Positions 50,766 to 61,558 of a stretch of 64,000 bases of DNA are shown in pieces. Within the stretch, counting starts at the first letter, position 1, and the number at the start of each line of letters is the position of its first letter. Source of the stretch: an uncultured Acidobacteriota bacterium (GTDB taxonomy: Bacteria > Acidobacteriota > Terriglobia > UBA7540); contig CAWDSK010000006.1 of assembly GCA_963804995.1 (NCBI GenBank), forward strand, positions 896,001-960,000, read 5' to 3'. The notes under the pieces were generated by a model that saw only the letters and a program-made list of their open reading frames with translations, ran no database searches and was not told where the DNA came from. The translations under genes were made by a program, and so were the position numbers.

Positions 50766-52264
50766 AGGCCCCGGCGAGCGGGTTGGTGTCGCCCCCCGTT
50801 TGCGCCGAAACACGCCATCCCAAGGTGAGGATCCTGTTTGCCATCCTGGTGCTGGCGATGGCTGGTTACTTCGCCGCAAAGCACATTGCCTCCTGGCCCC
50901 TCAGGCTCCGGTACCCAGGAGAATTGAATGTGACAGAAGGCCGGCAAATCAAAGACATGATCGATCTGCGCCAGGGCTTGCCGGTTTACGCGCCGGCCAC
51001 GCCGGAAAGATACAACTCCGTAGAGTACGGGCCGCTCTTCTACCTGCTGGGCTCCCGTCTGGTTGACCCGTCACGGCCGAGTTTTCTGCCGCTCCGGCTG
51101 CTCTCCATGTTCGCGACGCTGGCCCTTGCGGCGGGCTGCGCTTGGCTCGCCTACCACCTGGCTCGAAGCTACCTGGCGGCGGGCTTGGCTGCGCTGTTGC
51201 TGCTGGCCTATGCGTTGGTTACAGACTGGGGCGTTGCGGTCCATCCGGACACGGTGGCTTTGCTCTTCTGGTTCGTCGGTTTCTTGATCGCCCACCGCTT
51301 CCGTGAAAGCCCCAGAATTCTTTTCGCTGTCCCCCTTATGACCCTGGCCCTTTTTTATAAGGGTCAATATGTAACTTCTGCCCTCGCAGTCCTGCTCTTT
51401 CTCGTCCTGGAAAAACGTTTGCGGCTGGCCGCTCGTTTCGCCACACTCCTGGGCTTGGCAACCGTGAGTTTCTTCCTGGCCTTTCAATTTGTGTTCTTCC
51501 GACATCAGGCTTTCTATCTTCACTTCCTCTCGTATAACCTACTCCCGTACAGCCCAAAGAGGGGCCTGGACGCAGTTATTGTGGTGGGTGTCACCCTGAT
51601 TATTCCCATCCTCGCGGGACTAACATTCCTACGGGCTTACCCGGATAAGCTGCTGGCCTGTTACTTGGGCTGGGCAGTGATCTTGGTGCCTCTGGCGCTT
51701 GCCAAGCCAGGGAGCGGGCTGAACTACTGTCTCGACTTGCTTCTGGTACTCTGCCCTCTCTTCGCGGCGCTGCTGGCAAAGAGAATCAGTAAAATGTCCA
51801 GTGCTCTACTTTGGCTATTTCTGCTGGGAGTCGCGCTTTGGCTCGGCCAACTTCCGAAGGGCCCAACCAATCCTTCTCCCATGGACTTCGCTAGCGACCG
51901 AGCGGTGGAAACATTCCTCCGCGAAAATTTCCCCGCCCACTCGGCCGGCCTGGGCGTCTTTACGGGTGACCTCTTACGCGCCGGGCTGGACACGCCGATC
52001 CAGAATATTTACCAATACAGTTGGCTCATCTGCAAGGGCACTTTACCGCCGCAGTATCTGGTGACCCAGGTCCAGGGCCGTCGCTTTCGCGTCATTCTCC
52101 TGAACAGCGATTTCCTGAACGAGGAGGACGCGCATCAGCACGATTATCTGTGTCTGCCTGAACCCCTCCACCAAGCGATTGTCCAGAACTACAAGCCTGT
52201 TGCGAGCTTTGCCTTCGACTTGGCGGGCAAGAAGCATTATTACGTGTGGGTGCCACGCAATTAA
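50762..52264 (+). CDS. GT-C-like polytopic membrane glycosyltransferase
   Basis: N-terminal TM, EG then YGPLFY loop, many TM segments, C-terminal soluble domain. Confidence 0.6.
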   Translation: MKAPASGLVSPPVCAETRHPKVRILFAILVLAMAGYFAAKHIASWPLRLRYPGELNVTEGRQIKDMIDLRQGLPVYAPATPERYNSVEYGPLFYLLGSRLVDPSRPSFLPLRLLSMFATLALAAGCAWLAYHLARSYLAAGLAALLLLAYALVTDWGVAVHPDTVALLFWFVGFLIAHRFRESPRILFAVPLMTLALFYKGQYVTSALAVLLFLVLEKRLRLAARFATLLGLATVSFFLAFQFVFFRHQAFYLHFLSYNLLPYSPKRGLDAVIVVGVTLIIPILAGLTFLRAYPDKLLACYLGWAVILVPLALAKPGSGLNYCLDLLLVLCPLFAALLAKRISKMSSALLWLFLLGVALWLGQLPKGPTNPSPMDFASDRAVETFLRENFPAHSAGLGVFTGDLLRAGLDTPIQNIYQYSWLICKGTLPPQYLVTQVQGRRFRVILLNSDFLNEEDAHQHDYLCLPEPLHQAIVQNYKPVASFAFDLAGKKHYYVWVPRN

Positions 52265-52436
52265 AACCCCATGCTATCTGCTAAACTAAAAATGCTGAAG
52301 TCTTCTCCCCTCGCCGTGCAAGGAATGCCGCGCCTAGTCAAGGGAATGGCTGAACTTCCGAAAAGGGCGGCGGACGACTGAGGGTATTTGACCAGGCAGG
52401 TCAACCAAAACTTTCCGCTCAGGTCGGCGTCAAACT

Positions 52437-54026
52437 ATGCCTACGAGATTCTTGGCTTCTTGGTGTCAAATGAGAGGGCGGTCCCAACTTCTGGTGGCTG
52501 TGGGGTTGGCTTCTCTGCTGTACCTCGCGGGACTGGTGCATTTCTCGAACGTCCGGGTCATCGATGACGACGAGGGTTTCTATACCACAGCCGCCCGCTT
52601 GGTTTGGGAAGGGAAAACCCCCTATAGGGATTTCTTCTTTCATCAGGCGCCGTTGATTCCCTACTCGTATAGTTGGGTTTGGATGCTCCATCCTCAGTCC
52701 CTCATTGCCATGCGTCACTTGTCCGCGGTCCTGGGCGGTATGGCGGTGGCATTATGGGGCGTGTCCCTTCTATTCGCCAAGCGGCTCCCGACGAGAATCG
52801 CGCTTGCGACTTTTGCCACTGTCGTTCTGAACCCTTATTGGGTAGCGTGGAATTCTGTGGTGAAGACCTTCGCCCTGGCCAACCTCCTCATGTCCATCAC
52901 CCTGGTTTGCCTATACGCTGCCTTGCAGTCAGATCGACGCAGGTGGTACCTCCTAGGCGGGTTGGCGCTGGGTGCGTGCGCGTCAGCGCGCGCGCTTTAC
53001 GGCCCGGTCGTTCCACTGGTGGTGGCGTGGTTGGCATTTAGAGAGTGGCGGACATCGCGCTCATCTTACCCGAAGACCCTAGCGTTCGCCGTCGGAGCCG
53101 CCTGTGGGTTGCTGCCCCTCATGATCACCTTCACATGCGCTCCGCAAGCATTCATCTTCAGCAACATCCGTTACTATCAATGGATCGCGGGGTACCACTT
53201 GGAGAATGGCAGGGCGGTGGTTGGTTACCCCAGCTTTGGCGTTATCCTCTTGACCTACTTCGGCGACATCGTGATTCGCCTCGTGATCCTCCATCCATAC
53301 TTTGCCGCGCAATCGGCTCTGGCAGTTGTCGGGGGCCTGAGTTTCATCAGATTGCGCAAGACTCAAGGGGAGCCCTACACTCGCCAAGACCATCTCTACG
53401 CCGAGTTGGTGTTGGTCATGCTCATAACTTACAGCGCCGCGGCATTGATTAACTTTCCCACTTGGGATCAATACTTTGACGGCCCCCTGGTTCCCCTGCT
53501 GCTACCCTTTGTTGCTGAGGGCTTGCGTGTCAGCTTGGGATTGAAAAAGAAGCAGGTACTGGCGCTGGCTATGCTGGCTTCGGTCCTTGTCCTGGCGGAG
53601 GTCAGGCGCGACGCTAGAGTGTACTTGAAAGAAGGGGAATGGAGCTTGTCGTCATACCGACGGGTAACGGAAGCCATCGAGGCCAACAGCCGTCCTGGCG
53701 ATCTAGTACTTTCGTTCACACCGGGATACGTTTTTGAATCGGGCAGGCGTTACTCCCTGGGGTTGACCAACGACGTGGTGTACCGCATTATGAGTCGGAT
53801 AAACCCCGAGGAAAAATCCCGGTATCACGTGGTTTCAAAAGAGCAGATCCTACAGTCCATCGCTGCCCGGGCACCCAAAGTAATCGTAACGGGGCGCCGA
53901 AGGTGTATGGCCGAGTACTACGCCAATCTTTCGCCGGAAGACGTGCAAGCCCTTCACGCCGCTGTGAACGATAACTATTCGCAGGTCAGCGTGATTGATG
54001 CAGTTGAAGTGTACCGGCGCCGCTGA
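52437..54026 (+). CDS. GT-C (ArnT/PMT-like) glycosyltransferase
   Basis: DDDEG.Y after TM1, G..PYRDF...Q.PL, many TMs. Confidence 0.7.
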   Translation: MPTRFLASWCQMRGRSQLLVAVGLASLLYLAGLVHFSNVRVIDDDEGFYTTAARLVWEGKTPYRDFFFHQAPLIPYSYSWVWMLHPQSLIAMRHLSAVLGGMAVALWGVSLLFAKRLPTRIALATFATVVLNPYWVAWNSVVKTFALANLLMSITLVCLYAALQSDRRRWYLLGGLALGACASARALYGPVVPLVVAWLAFREWRTSRSSYPKTLAFAVGAACGLLPLMITFTCAPQAFIFSNIRYYQWIAGYHLENGRAVVGYPSFGVILLTYFGDIVIRLVILHPYFAAQSALAVVGGLSFIRLRKTQGEPYTRQDHLYAELVLVMLITYSAAALINFPTWDQYFDGPLVPLLLPFVAEGLRVSLGLKKKQVLALAMLASVLVLAEVRRDARVYLKEGEWSLSSYRRVTEAIEANSRPGDLVLSFTPGYVFESGRRYSLGLTNDVVYRIMSRINPEEKSRYHVVSKEQILQSIAARAPKVIVTGRRRCMAEYYANLSPEDVQALHAAVNDNYSQVSVIDAVEVYRRR

Positions 54027-54042
54027 CGACGTGGTGAGTTGA

Positions 54043-55767
54043 TTATCTCGCTGCCTCTTCGGAGTAGGGCACCAACTTCACCGGATCTTTGTCAGGCTCC
54101 ACCAGCCAAACGCGCCGGTCCTTGTAGTAATCAATCAGCTCTTGATTGCGGGCGGCGCCCATATCCTGTGCCCAAACCACCTTGGCGTGGTCGATATCAG
54201 CCCGGTTGTGAACCCACTCCGGCAAAGTCACGCGCAGCGCCTGGGTATGCGGTGCGTATCGCACGATGACCAACTGCCCTCCAGGGTACGCCTCTAACTG
54301 GGCCAGGATGCGGGCGCGGTCTGTAGGGTGGTTCGTCCAATTGTACCAAGTGAGTGGCCAGTCCGGGGTAAGCGGCAGGTGCAGGGGACCCGCAGCCGCG
54401 CGGAGCGCCAAAAGGAAGGCGCAACCCAGCGGCAGGACCCGGATCAAGAACTGTCCGGAGGGCCGGCCTTTTGAATGCCACTGGTATAGACGCCGCATGG
54501 CCGCGAGCAGTAAGGCGAGAAGGATGCACGTTAGAGGAGCCACGTAGTGGGGATAGAACCCCACCGCGCCAGCCAGGCCTAAGAATGAAACACAAGCAGC
54601 CACGAAAAGAAAACGCGTTGCTGGGGCGATGGCCCTCCATGAGAAACCCATGGGCAAAGTTCCTATCACCAGGACGAAGGGTAGGGTCAGCAAGGGGCCA
54701 AGAAAAAACATCCAAATATGGATGAGTTTCGCGCCAATGAGAGCGATGACGCCTATTGCCGATCGATTCTTCGTATAGAACTCAAGCTCGTTGTATTTAT
54801 AGAAGTCGTGCATCACCTGGTGGTGGTAAGCAGGCTCAGGCCGCGGAGGTAGCAGGATAAAAAAAGGCGCCACCGCGTAAGTTGCCCGGTCCACTTGGTA
54901 AGGCATGCGGAAGGGACTGCCCGTGACCCGCCAGAAGTAATAGCACGTGAACAATGCCCCCAAGCTCAGCACCAACCCCAAGGGCGCCAAGACTTGCCCC
55001 GCCACCAATCGCAGGGGGGGATGCGGCCTCCGCAGCAACCACGCGACCAGCGCGACCGCCACGGGCAAGCAGAAGATCAACCCCTCATAGGGACGGCTGT
55101 TGGCCAGAACCACCGCGCCCAAGCCCATCAACAAGGCGTCGCCCACGCGTTGTGACCTATTGATGCGCGGCAGCGCCCCCAGCACCAGTGCCCCGCCCAT
55201 CGCCGCCACGGCCCCGCCCCAATAGCTATTCGCCCAGTAACTGAACACCCCGAAATGCATCACTGCCAGGAGGCCCCCCAGCAGTGCCCAAGGGGGAGAA
55301 AACCATCCTTGCAACATCCAGCAGAGAGCCGCGCACAACAAGGCCACGCTCAGCCAGACTCCCACAAACGGGTGGCCCGTCACGACCTGTCCGAACGCCA
55401 TGACCATGCCCTGCCCCGGAGGGTACATGGAGGCATAAGTGGGTTGTTGGATTTCATGGAAAGTTTCGAAGTGAATCCACAAGGGGTGGGGGGAATTCGT
55501 CAGGCGGCCATGCGCAAAAGTGTCAGCGGCCAAGAGATGGCTGAACTCATCGTTGACGTAAGGTTGCGGTTCCGGAAGGATCGGCAAGACGGCCGCACGC
55601 GCGGCAAGCGCCACCACCGCTACGGTGAATACGGAGAGCACTCTTCGGTGGGCCAGCGCCACGAAGCGGCGCTCAACCGGAGCAAGCCACGAGGAACCCA
55701 GCCGGGGACACGTGAAGGCCATGCCCACCAAAAGCAGCGCCACGCCGAGTTCAATCCACATGAGCAT
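54043..55767 (-). CDS. GT-C-like membrane glycosyltransferase
   Basis: NDEFS.LL.ADTF, YPPG, SYWGG, NSRPYEG, many TMs. Confidence 0.65.
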   Translation of the reverse strand: MLMWIELGVALLLVGMAFTCPRLGSSWLAPVERRFVALAHRRVLSVFTVAVVALAARAAVLPILPEPQPYVNDEFSHLLAADTFAHGRLTNSPHPLWIHFETFHEIQQPTYASMYPPGQGMVMAFGQVVTGHPFVGVWLSVALLCAALCWMLQGWFSPPWALLGGLLAVMHFGVFSYWANSYWGGAVAAMGGALVLGALPRINRSQRVGDALLMGLGAVVLANSRPYEGLIFCLPVAVALVAWLLRRPHPPLRLVAGQVLAPLGLVLSLGALFTCYYFWRVTGSPFRMPYQVDRATYAVAPFFILLPPRPEPAYHHQVMHDFYKYNELEFYTKNRSAIGVIALIGAKLIHIWMFFLGPLLTLPFVLVIGTLPMGFSWRAIAPATRFLFVAACVSFLGLAGAVGFYPHYVAPLTCILLALLLAAMRRLYQWHSKGRPSGQFLIRVLPLGCAFLLALRAAAGPLHLPLTPDWPLTWYNWTNHPTDRARILAQLEAYPGGQLVIVRYAPHTQALRVTLPEWVHNRADIDHAKVVWAQDMGAARNQELIDYYKDRRVWLVEPDKDPVKLVPYSEEAAR

Positions 55768-57370
55768 CAGTGAAACCTGCCGGGCCCCGCGCCAGACCCG
55801 CTTTCCGCACGAACAGTATACTTAACCCGTCGTCGTAGGCCTTCTGCCATTCGGGTTGAGCACCGAGCAGCCCGGCCAATGCCGTGTTGCGCTTCACCAG
55901 GCAGGACTGGACGTTGTACCTCTTCAGCAGAAGTAGGGCCCGTGGGCTGGGCAAGATGATGCGCAGGTACTCAGCCAAGACTCCGGAATGCTCATAAATA
56001 TCGAGCCGGCCATCGATGAACACCTTGTGCGCCGGCCCCAGCGACTCGATCAAGTAGCCACCCCAATCAGAGTCGTTAAACATGGGCACTGGCACAGTGT
56101 GGGTACGTATGTACTGGACGGCTCCCTGCGGCAGTCGGTGCGGGAGCGCATTTTGCAACTCACGGGTGCGGGGCATGAAAGCCGCGATGCCGGCAGCTAT
56201 CCCTAGCATGAGGGCGGCGTTCAGAAGATACCGGTCGCTCCCCCCCCGACCCGCCGGGACCCAGCGCGCCAGAACTGTGGCGAGCAGCGGAGCGCATACT
56301 GGAACCAAAAGCACCAGGAGCCGGGCGTGGGCGGTGGTGGCATAGACAGCCAGAAGCAACAAGATGATATCTTCAACGCGCTGAACAGGCTTAAAGAGAA
56401 TCTGGGCAATCAATATGCCGAGCAGCAGAAGCAGCAACATGATTCCCAACCCTTGGGACCAATCCAGAGGCCGCCATTCCCGAATGACCGCGAAGTTAAG
56501 GGGCTGGGAGAGGGCCAACCGGAAGAGGTAGGACACCAGGCGGGTTCCGTACGGCGTAATCGTGAGCGCCAGTATGGACAGAAGGGAACAGACTTCAAGA
56601 TGCCGCCTTTGGCCGTCGGTCCAACGCACGGCCGCGATACCTGCCCATCTCCCCTTCATCAAGCCACACACCAAGTAAACTACGAGCGCCAGCAGCCCCA
56701 GGACAAAGGAACCATGCGTGTTCACCCAGAGCGCAAACACCACCGGAAGCGCCCAAATTGCTCGGGGATAGCCTTGGCGAAATCGTTCCAGGCATATCAG
56801 TGTAATCAGCAAATAGACGTAGCCGATTTGCTGCGGACGTAGTATGGAAAACAGCATCACCCCGGGCAACAGCACCCCAGCGGCTAGAAAGGCAGCCCGC
56901 GGATTCCCGCAACGCAGGTAGGCGTAAACGTAAATGAGCAGTATGATGCCGCCTTGCAGTACCAGGAAGAGAGCTGCCAAGGCACTCAGGCCGCCCGCGC
57001 GGGCCACCGCCGCCAGGATGACCTCTCCCAGCCATTCATAAGCAATCCATTCTGTACCCGCTGCGGTGTATGAGTACGTGTCGGATGTGGGCCAAGTGTG
57101 CGTGGCCAGGATTTGCTTGCCCACCGTGATATGCCACCACAGGTCCCCTTCCAGGAAAAACTGTGCGGGGCTGGCACCCTGCGCCGAGCGCACTTGGTCG
57201 ATATTGCCCCGGATAACCACGAAGGTGGCGGCGACCAGCAACGCCGCGAGGAACACGGGGAAGGAGAAGCATTTCCGCCACGTTGCCGCGGCCTCCGGAC
57301 CCGGGCCTTCAGACACCTTGCACACCCCCTGCGGGTTATTCCCTACCACCAACTCACCTCGTTCAGGCAT
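55751..57370 (-). CDS. GT-C-like membrane glycosyltransferase
   Basis: DLWWH..VG..I, W..YEWL, RPQ, LWVN.HG.F, EW, WGGYLI, FIDGR; start uncertain. Confidence 0.65.
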   Translation of the reverse strand: MPERGELVVGNNPQGVCKVSEGPGPEAAATWRKCFSFPVFLAALLVAATFVVIRGNIDQVRSAQGASPAQFFLEGDLWWHITVGKQILATHTWPTSDTYSYTAAGTEWIAYEWLGEVILAAVARAGGLSALAALFLVLQGGIILLIYVYAYLRCGNPRAAFLAAGVLLPGVMLFSILRPQQIGYVYLLITLICLERFRQGYPRAIWALPVVFALWVNTHGSFVLGLLALVVYLVCGLMKGRWAGIAAVRWTDGQRRHLEVCSLLSILALTITPYGTRLVSYLFRLALSQPLNFAVIREWRPLDWSQGLGIMLLLLLLGILIAQILFKPVQRVEDIILLLLAVYATTAHARLLVLLVPVCAPLLATVLARWVPAGRGGSDRYLLNAALMLGIAAGIAAFMPRTRELQNALPHRLPQGAVQYIRTHTVPVPMFNDSDWGGYLIESLGPAHKVFIDGRLDIYEHSGVLAEYLRIILPSPRALLLLKRYNVQSCLVKRNTALAGLLGAQPEWQKAYDDGLSILFVRKAGLARGPAGFTDAHVD

Positions 57371-57440
57371 TTCCAAATCTATCCATGGCCGATGTCCGGG
57401 CTGGGGGGCGGTCGATGCCGCTTGCCGTCCCCTCGCTCCC

Positions 57441-58670
57441 CTACCGGTCCGGAACCAAACCGCGTTCCCCTCCCTCAAGCTGCGATGCACTCCCCGCCAT
57501 CGCTGCCCATGCCAGCAACACAAGAGCCGGCGCAAGAAGGTACAACGGCTCCACTTGAAACGTCAGTAGGCACACTGGAACCACATAGAGTGCGGCGATG
57601 ACGACCGTCCGTGTCGCGCGCCAAGCGGATCCCTCTGCGTACCGGGCGGAACCAAGGATCAGCAGCACAGCCATCAGGGTCGGGCTGAGGTCATGAATCA
57701 AGAGATGATACGCAGTGACCTCAGAGACCACCAGCGCCGCAGCGAACATTAGGTCGAACGATGGGCCCTCCCCGGGGCCCTGAAGACGCCACCGCCAAGC
57801 CACATATCCGATCAAGACAACTGAAGCCAGCACTACCACACCGTTGACGACAGGTCCCGGAAGCACCGGCGCCAGAATCGCATGGAAGAAGCCGCGCAGA
57901 TTGGGCATCGCCGAAACCTGGATGGCATAGGGGGGATAGGTTGGCCGCTTCACCGTATCGAGCAGCAGGTGCACGTAACCGATCAAACCCGCTCGTCCGA
58001 CGGCGAGGAGCGACACCACGCCAAGCGTGCAACCTGTCCAGGTGAACCAAGCGGCGAGCCTCCACTTGCCCTTCAGCAGACAGATGAGGGCCAAAGGCGC
58101 CGCGACGGGAAACTTGCATAAACCGAGGCCCAGAAAAACTCCCGCCCACCCCTCACGGCGACGCTTCAAACAGACAAACACCAACGACAGCAAGACCAGG
58201 AGGAGAATCGACATCTGCCCCTGCATAAGTGCGATCCATACCGGGAAGAAGATGAAGCACAGCAAGAGATATTGCAGCGGCTGCCTTGGAGCCGGCGCGT
58301 AGGGACGCATGAGGTACACAAAAAATATCCACAACACGATGTTGATCGCTCCCCAGATTGCGTAAGCAACCGCGTAGGGAAGCCTCGAGAGCGGTGCGAA
58401 CATCCAAGCCTCAAAAGGTGGATGGTTGAACACAAACACGCCGCCCCAATGGAACACCGCCCGCTCGACCTGCGCCTGCTTCTCTAAGTCATAAAGCCTG
58501 GCTCCCTCCCCTTGACTCACGATTCGCGCGGCGGCGTAAACATTGGTGAAGTCATGGTTGAGCGTCGGAAGCCCCAGCGCGTTTACGAGCACGACACAGA
58601 AAAGTATCGTCGCGGAGATTCCCACGGCAATCTGCACCTGCCGCTTGTCCGGGACTTGCGTGGCTGGCAC
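57441..58670 (-). CDS. GT87 (DUF2029) glycosyltransferase
   Basis: DF...YAAA, LYD, F.HPP, GQ.S, K(F)P, HD. Confidence 0.75.
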   Translation of the reverse strand: MPATQVPDKRQVQIAVGISATILFCVVLVNALGLPTLNHDFTNVYAAARIVSQGEGARLYDLEKQAQVERAVFHWGGVFVFNHPPFEAWMFAPLSRLPYAVAYAIWGAINIVLWIFFVYLMRPYAPAPRQPLQYLLLCFIFFPVWIALMQGQMSILLLVLLSLVFVCLKRRREGWAGVFLGLGLCKFPVAAPLALICLLKGKWRLAAWFTWTGCTLGVVSLLAVGRAGLIGYVHLLLDTVKRPTYPPYAIQVSAMPNLRGFFHAILAPVLPGPVVNGVVVLASVVLIGYVAWRWRLQGPGEGPSFDLMFAAALVVSEVTAYHLLIHDLSPTLMAVLLILGSARYAEGSAWRATRTVVIAALYVVPVCLLTFQVEPLYLLAPALVLLAWAAMAGSASQLEGGERGLVPDR

Positions 58671-58673
58671 CGT

Positions 58674-60386
58674 TTACCTCAGCTCCGACTGCGTATATTT
58701 ACCGCTTTGCTCAATCTCCGGTGGCAGGCGCGAGGCGAATTGCCGAAGGTGAGCGATAAGCGCCCTCTCCTCGGAGCCATCGACCGCGTAAAAAGATACT
58801 GTGTCCTCGAAACACATGTAATTATCGAACAACTTCCAGCGGCCCACTTGAATCCACTGTACCGGAAGGCCACCGCGCCCGCCGTACCCGTTATAGAAGA
58901 TGGTGTCGGAGACGATGGCTATTTTAGTCCCCCGCAGCTTGGTTATCTGGTCGATTCGTTGGGGTGTGAGCCCACCCTCGATCCTCCCTCTTGCCGCCTC
59001 CAGGCTGCCCAGTCCCCACAAGTCCACCAGGTGCGGCTCTCCCAGGTAGCTCACTGATCCGATGTCGTTGGCGGCGATGGGGGCGCCACGGTAGAACTGC
59101 TGCAGAAACAATCCCATTTGGTACTGCTGTTCGTAAATGTTATGACATGCCTGGGTAATATGGCTTAGCGCATTGTATCCGCGCGAGCCCAGCACCAGGA
59201 GCGGCAGGAAAAGCGAATACCCCAGCCACACGCCCGCCAACTGGGTCTCAAGCTTGCTGCTGATGCGTCCCTGGCGGCCCGTCAAGTATTCGTAAACGCC
59301 GACGGCGAGAACCAGCAGGCTGAGAGCAATCAGATAAGCTTCGTACCTGAAAAACCAACCAAACCTGGCAAACCGAAGGTGCAACGCGGAAGCAAATATA
59401 ACCAGCGCCATCATGATGCTGCTCTTTCTCCAGAACGTTCCCTTTTGGTGGACAAGAAGTGGCAACAACATGAGGAGGGCGAGCACCGTCGCCCATACGT
59501 CCGCGGTCTTCGTCCACCCCTCCCAATTACCCATGAGCGACAATGTACGCAACTCCCCGATCGCATGGGGCAGGTTCGCTTTCAAGAGGACCGAGTTCGG
59601 CAGCCAATACCACCCGTGGCGCACCGAGATTGCTCCATAGATAGTGAGGGGAAGTGCGGCGATCACACCCAAACCCAAAGCCTCCATCCACCGCCGGCGC
59701 GCGAAAAAAAGCAGGCAGGCTGCGAAAACCAGAAACAGCTCCTCATAGCGAACCAACGGCAAGACTGCCGTAAGCACCCAGAGCCCAGAGGAGGCTCCAA
59801 CTCGTGACCCCTCGTCCCCTGCCAGCTCCTTGGCCACAACGTACACGAAGAGGATGGAGATGCCAATCTGCAGAGTGTGTTCCATGCCGGTGAAGATCAT
59901 GGCAGGAAGCGGGGCCAGGAATACAATCCCCAGAAGCGCCACAGCTTGATACCGTTGTGGTAGTCCCATTTCCCTCAGGATAATGTAAACCACCAGGAGC
60001 GTGGCGCCGGCCAATATCACGTTAAGGAACAAGGGGACCAACTCACTGGTTCCACCCAAGGCGTAGATCAAGGCGAGCAGAAGGGGCCAGAGGATTGTGG
60101 ACGTGGAGGAACTGAACTGGTACGGGGTTACTCCCCACACCCCATGCTCGGCAAAGTTCTTGGCCACCGACAGGATGATATAGATGTTGTCGACGGCATA
60201 GACAAACTTCCCTGCGTTGGCCCGTAGGCACAGGATAAAAGCGCCGGCTATGGCAGCGCACATTACCCCCAGCGCTGCCGCCAGGGGCCAATGCCGAGCC
60301 CATGCGTTCTTCAAAGATTTCCCCTCATCCGCGTCCTGGTTGGCCGGCCCTCGGTCCGCCCGGCCCATTGTACTCTTTCTCTCCAT
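58674..60386 (-). CDS. GT-C-like membrane glycosyltransferase (arabinofuranosyltransferase-like)
   Basis: D(N).YI...VAKN, STS.LW.LLL, GME, RYE, LPNS..LK, DIG, DLWGL. Confidence 0.65.
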   Translation of the reverse strand: MERKSTMGRADRGPANQDADEGKSLKNAWARHWPLAAALGVMCAAIAGAFILCLRANAGKFVYAVDNIYIILSVAKNFAEHGVWGVTPYQFSSSTSTILWPLLLALIYALGGTSELVPLFLNVILAGATLLVVYIILREMGLPQRYQAVALLGIVFLAPLPAMIFTGMEHTLQIGISILFVYVVAKELAGDEGSRVGASSGLWVLTAVLPLVRYEELFLVFAACLLFFARRRWMEALGLGVIAALPLTIYGAISVRHGWYWLPNSVLLKANLPHAIGELRTLSLMGNWEGWTKTADVWATVLALLMLLPLLVHQKGTFWRKSSIMMALVIFASALHLRFARFGWFFRYEAYLIALSLLVLAVGVYEYLTGRQGRISSKLETQLAGVWLGYSLFLPLLVLGSRGYNALSHITQACHNIYEQQYQMGLFLQQFYRGAPIAANDIGSVSYLGEPHLVDLWGLGSLEAARGRIEGGLTPQRIDQITKLRGTKIAIVSDTIFYNGYGGRGGLPVQWIQVGRWKLFDNYMCFEDTVSFYAVDGSEERALIAHLRQFASRLPPEIEQSGKYTQSELR

Positions 60387-60779
60387 GCCGTCGTGGCATT
60401 ACGCGTCCTGGGTAGGGGACGGTAGTGAGCCGGCAGCTTTCCCCTGACACGCAGTGCATCGTACTCCGCTTCATAAGTACGCTAATGTATTCGTGATTCA
60501 GGTTTGGTTGGCAACCACGGCTGTCCGGATTAGCGAACCCTTCGAGTGATCAAAGCGGCTCGGCCGTAAGTTACTACCCGCTCATTTGAGCGTAATTTGG
60601 ACAAGCTCGGTTGTCAACACGGCTCCGCCGCCTGCTGTGCGGAAAGCCTCTGGCTTTCCGGCGCAATCCGCTTGATTTCTCTTTCTCTGCGCCTCAGCGT
60701 CTCTGCGCGAGATTGTCTATTTCTTCACAGCTTCCGATTGGGGCCTTCGGTTCTCCCTGAGGGGAAATCCGAGGGCAGC

Positions 60780-61171
60780 AAGCGTAGCGCGGTCCCCCGG
60801 TTTTGGGGTCCGCGGCTCTTCGTTTGGTAAACTGCAAATCACAAATCGGGCCGTCCGCGCCACACCACGATACGTTCGCTCACACGTCACAGGAAGAGCC
60901 GCAGACCTCAACGACGGAGGTCTGCGCTACGATGTTTGCTCCCTCGGTATAGTTAGCATGAAGCGTAGCGCGGTCCCCCGGTTTTGGGGTCCGCGGCTCT
61001 TCGTTTGGTAAACTGCAAATCACAAATCGGGCCGTCCGCGCCACACCACGATACGTTCGCTCACACGTCACAGGAAGAGCCGCAGACCTCAACGACGGAG
61101 GTCTGCGCTACGATGTTTGCTCCCTCGGTATAGTTAGCATGAAGCGTAGCGCGGTCCCCCGGTTTTGGGGT
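60780..61171. repeat. Tandem array of a 181-bp unit, each carrying a GTAG-REP doublet (2 full copies + partial)
   Basis: Units start at 60780, 60961, 61142: GTAGCGCGGTCCCCCGGTTTTGGGGTCCGCG...CGCAGACCTCAACGACGGAGGTCTGCGCTAC. Confidence 0.9.
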
Positions 61172-61293
61172 TCTTCATTTGGAAAACCCGCAAATCTCTT
61201 GATCTGAACCTATAGCCCTGGGGCGCCGCGGCGACAGAGGGGCGGGGGTAAGGGGGTCGTAGGGTCCAGCGGAGAACCTCCGTGAGCAAGGAC

Positions 61294-61340
61294 TTTTCAC
61301 TTTTGCCTTTTGCATTTTGCATTTTGCCTTTTGACTTTCC
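61294..61340. repeat. Heptamer repeat arm (TTTTGCC/TTTTGCA)
   Basis: TTTTCAC TTTTGCC TTTTGCA TTTTGCA TTTTGCC TTTTGAC. Confidence 0.8.
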
Positions 61341-61558
61341 TTTGCGGCTCCGCCGCCCTGCGCTGCTCGCCGAGAAGCAAAACTCTCCGCTACCCCCTCA
61401 GGGTTTGGTGGTAATTTGTACGCGGGGAAGGAATGCCGGCACAACTCCCGGCTGCTGACGTTGGCGCCCTGAGCTACTCGGAAGCCTCCGTCACCCCCTG
61501 CACGTGAAACACCTGATTCCCACGAACGTCAGGAGAACCGAAGCCATAGGACAAACCC

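Noticed and set aside
60780..61171. Possible CRISPR array and the repeated small ORFs at 60717-61092
   Set aside because: Whole 181-bp units are identical with no unique spacers; the ORFs are translations of the repeat
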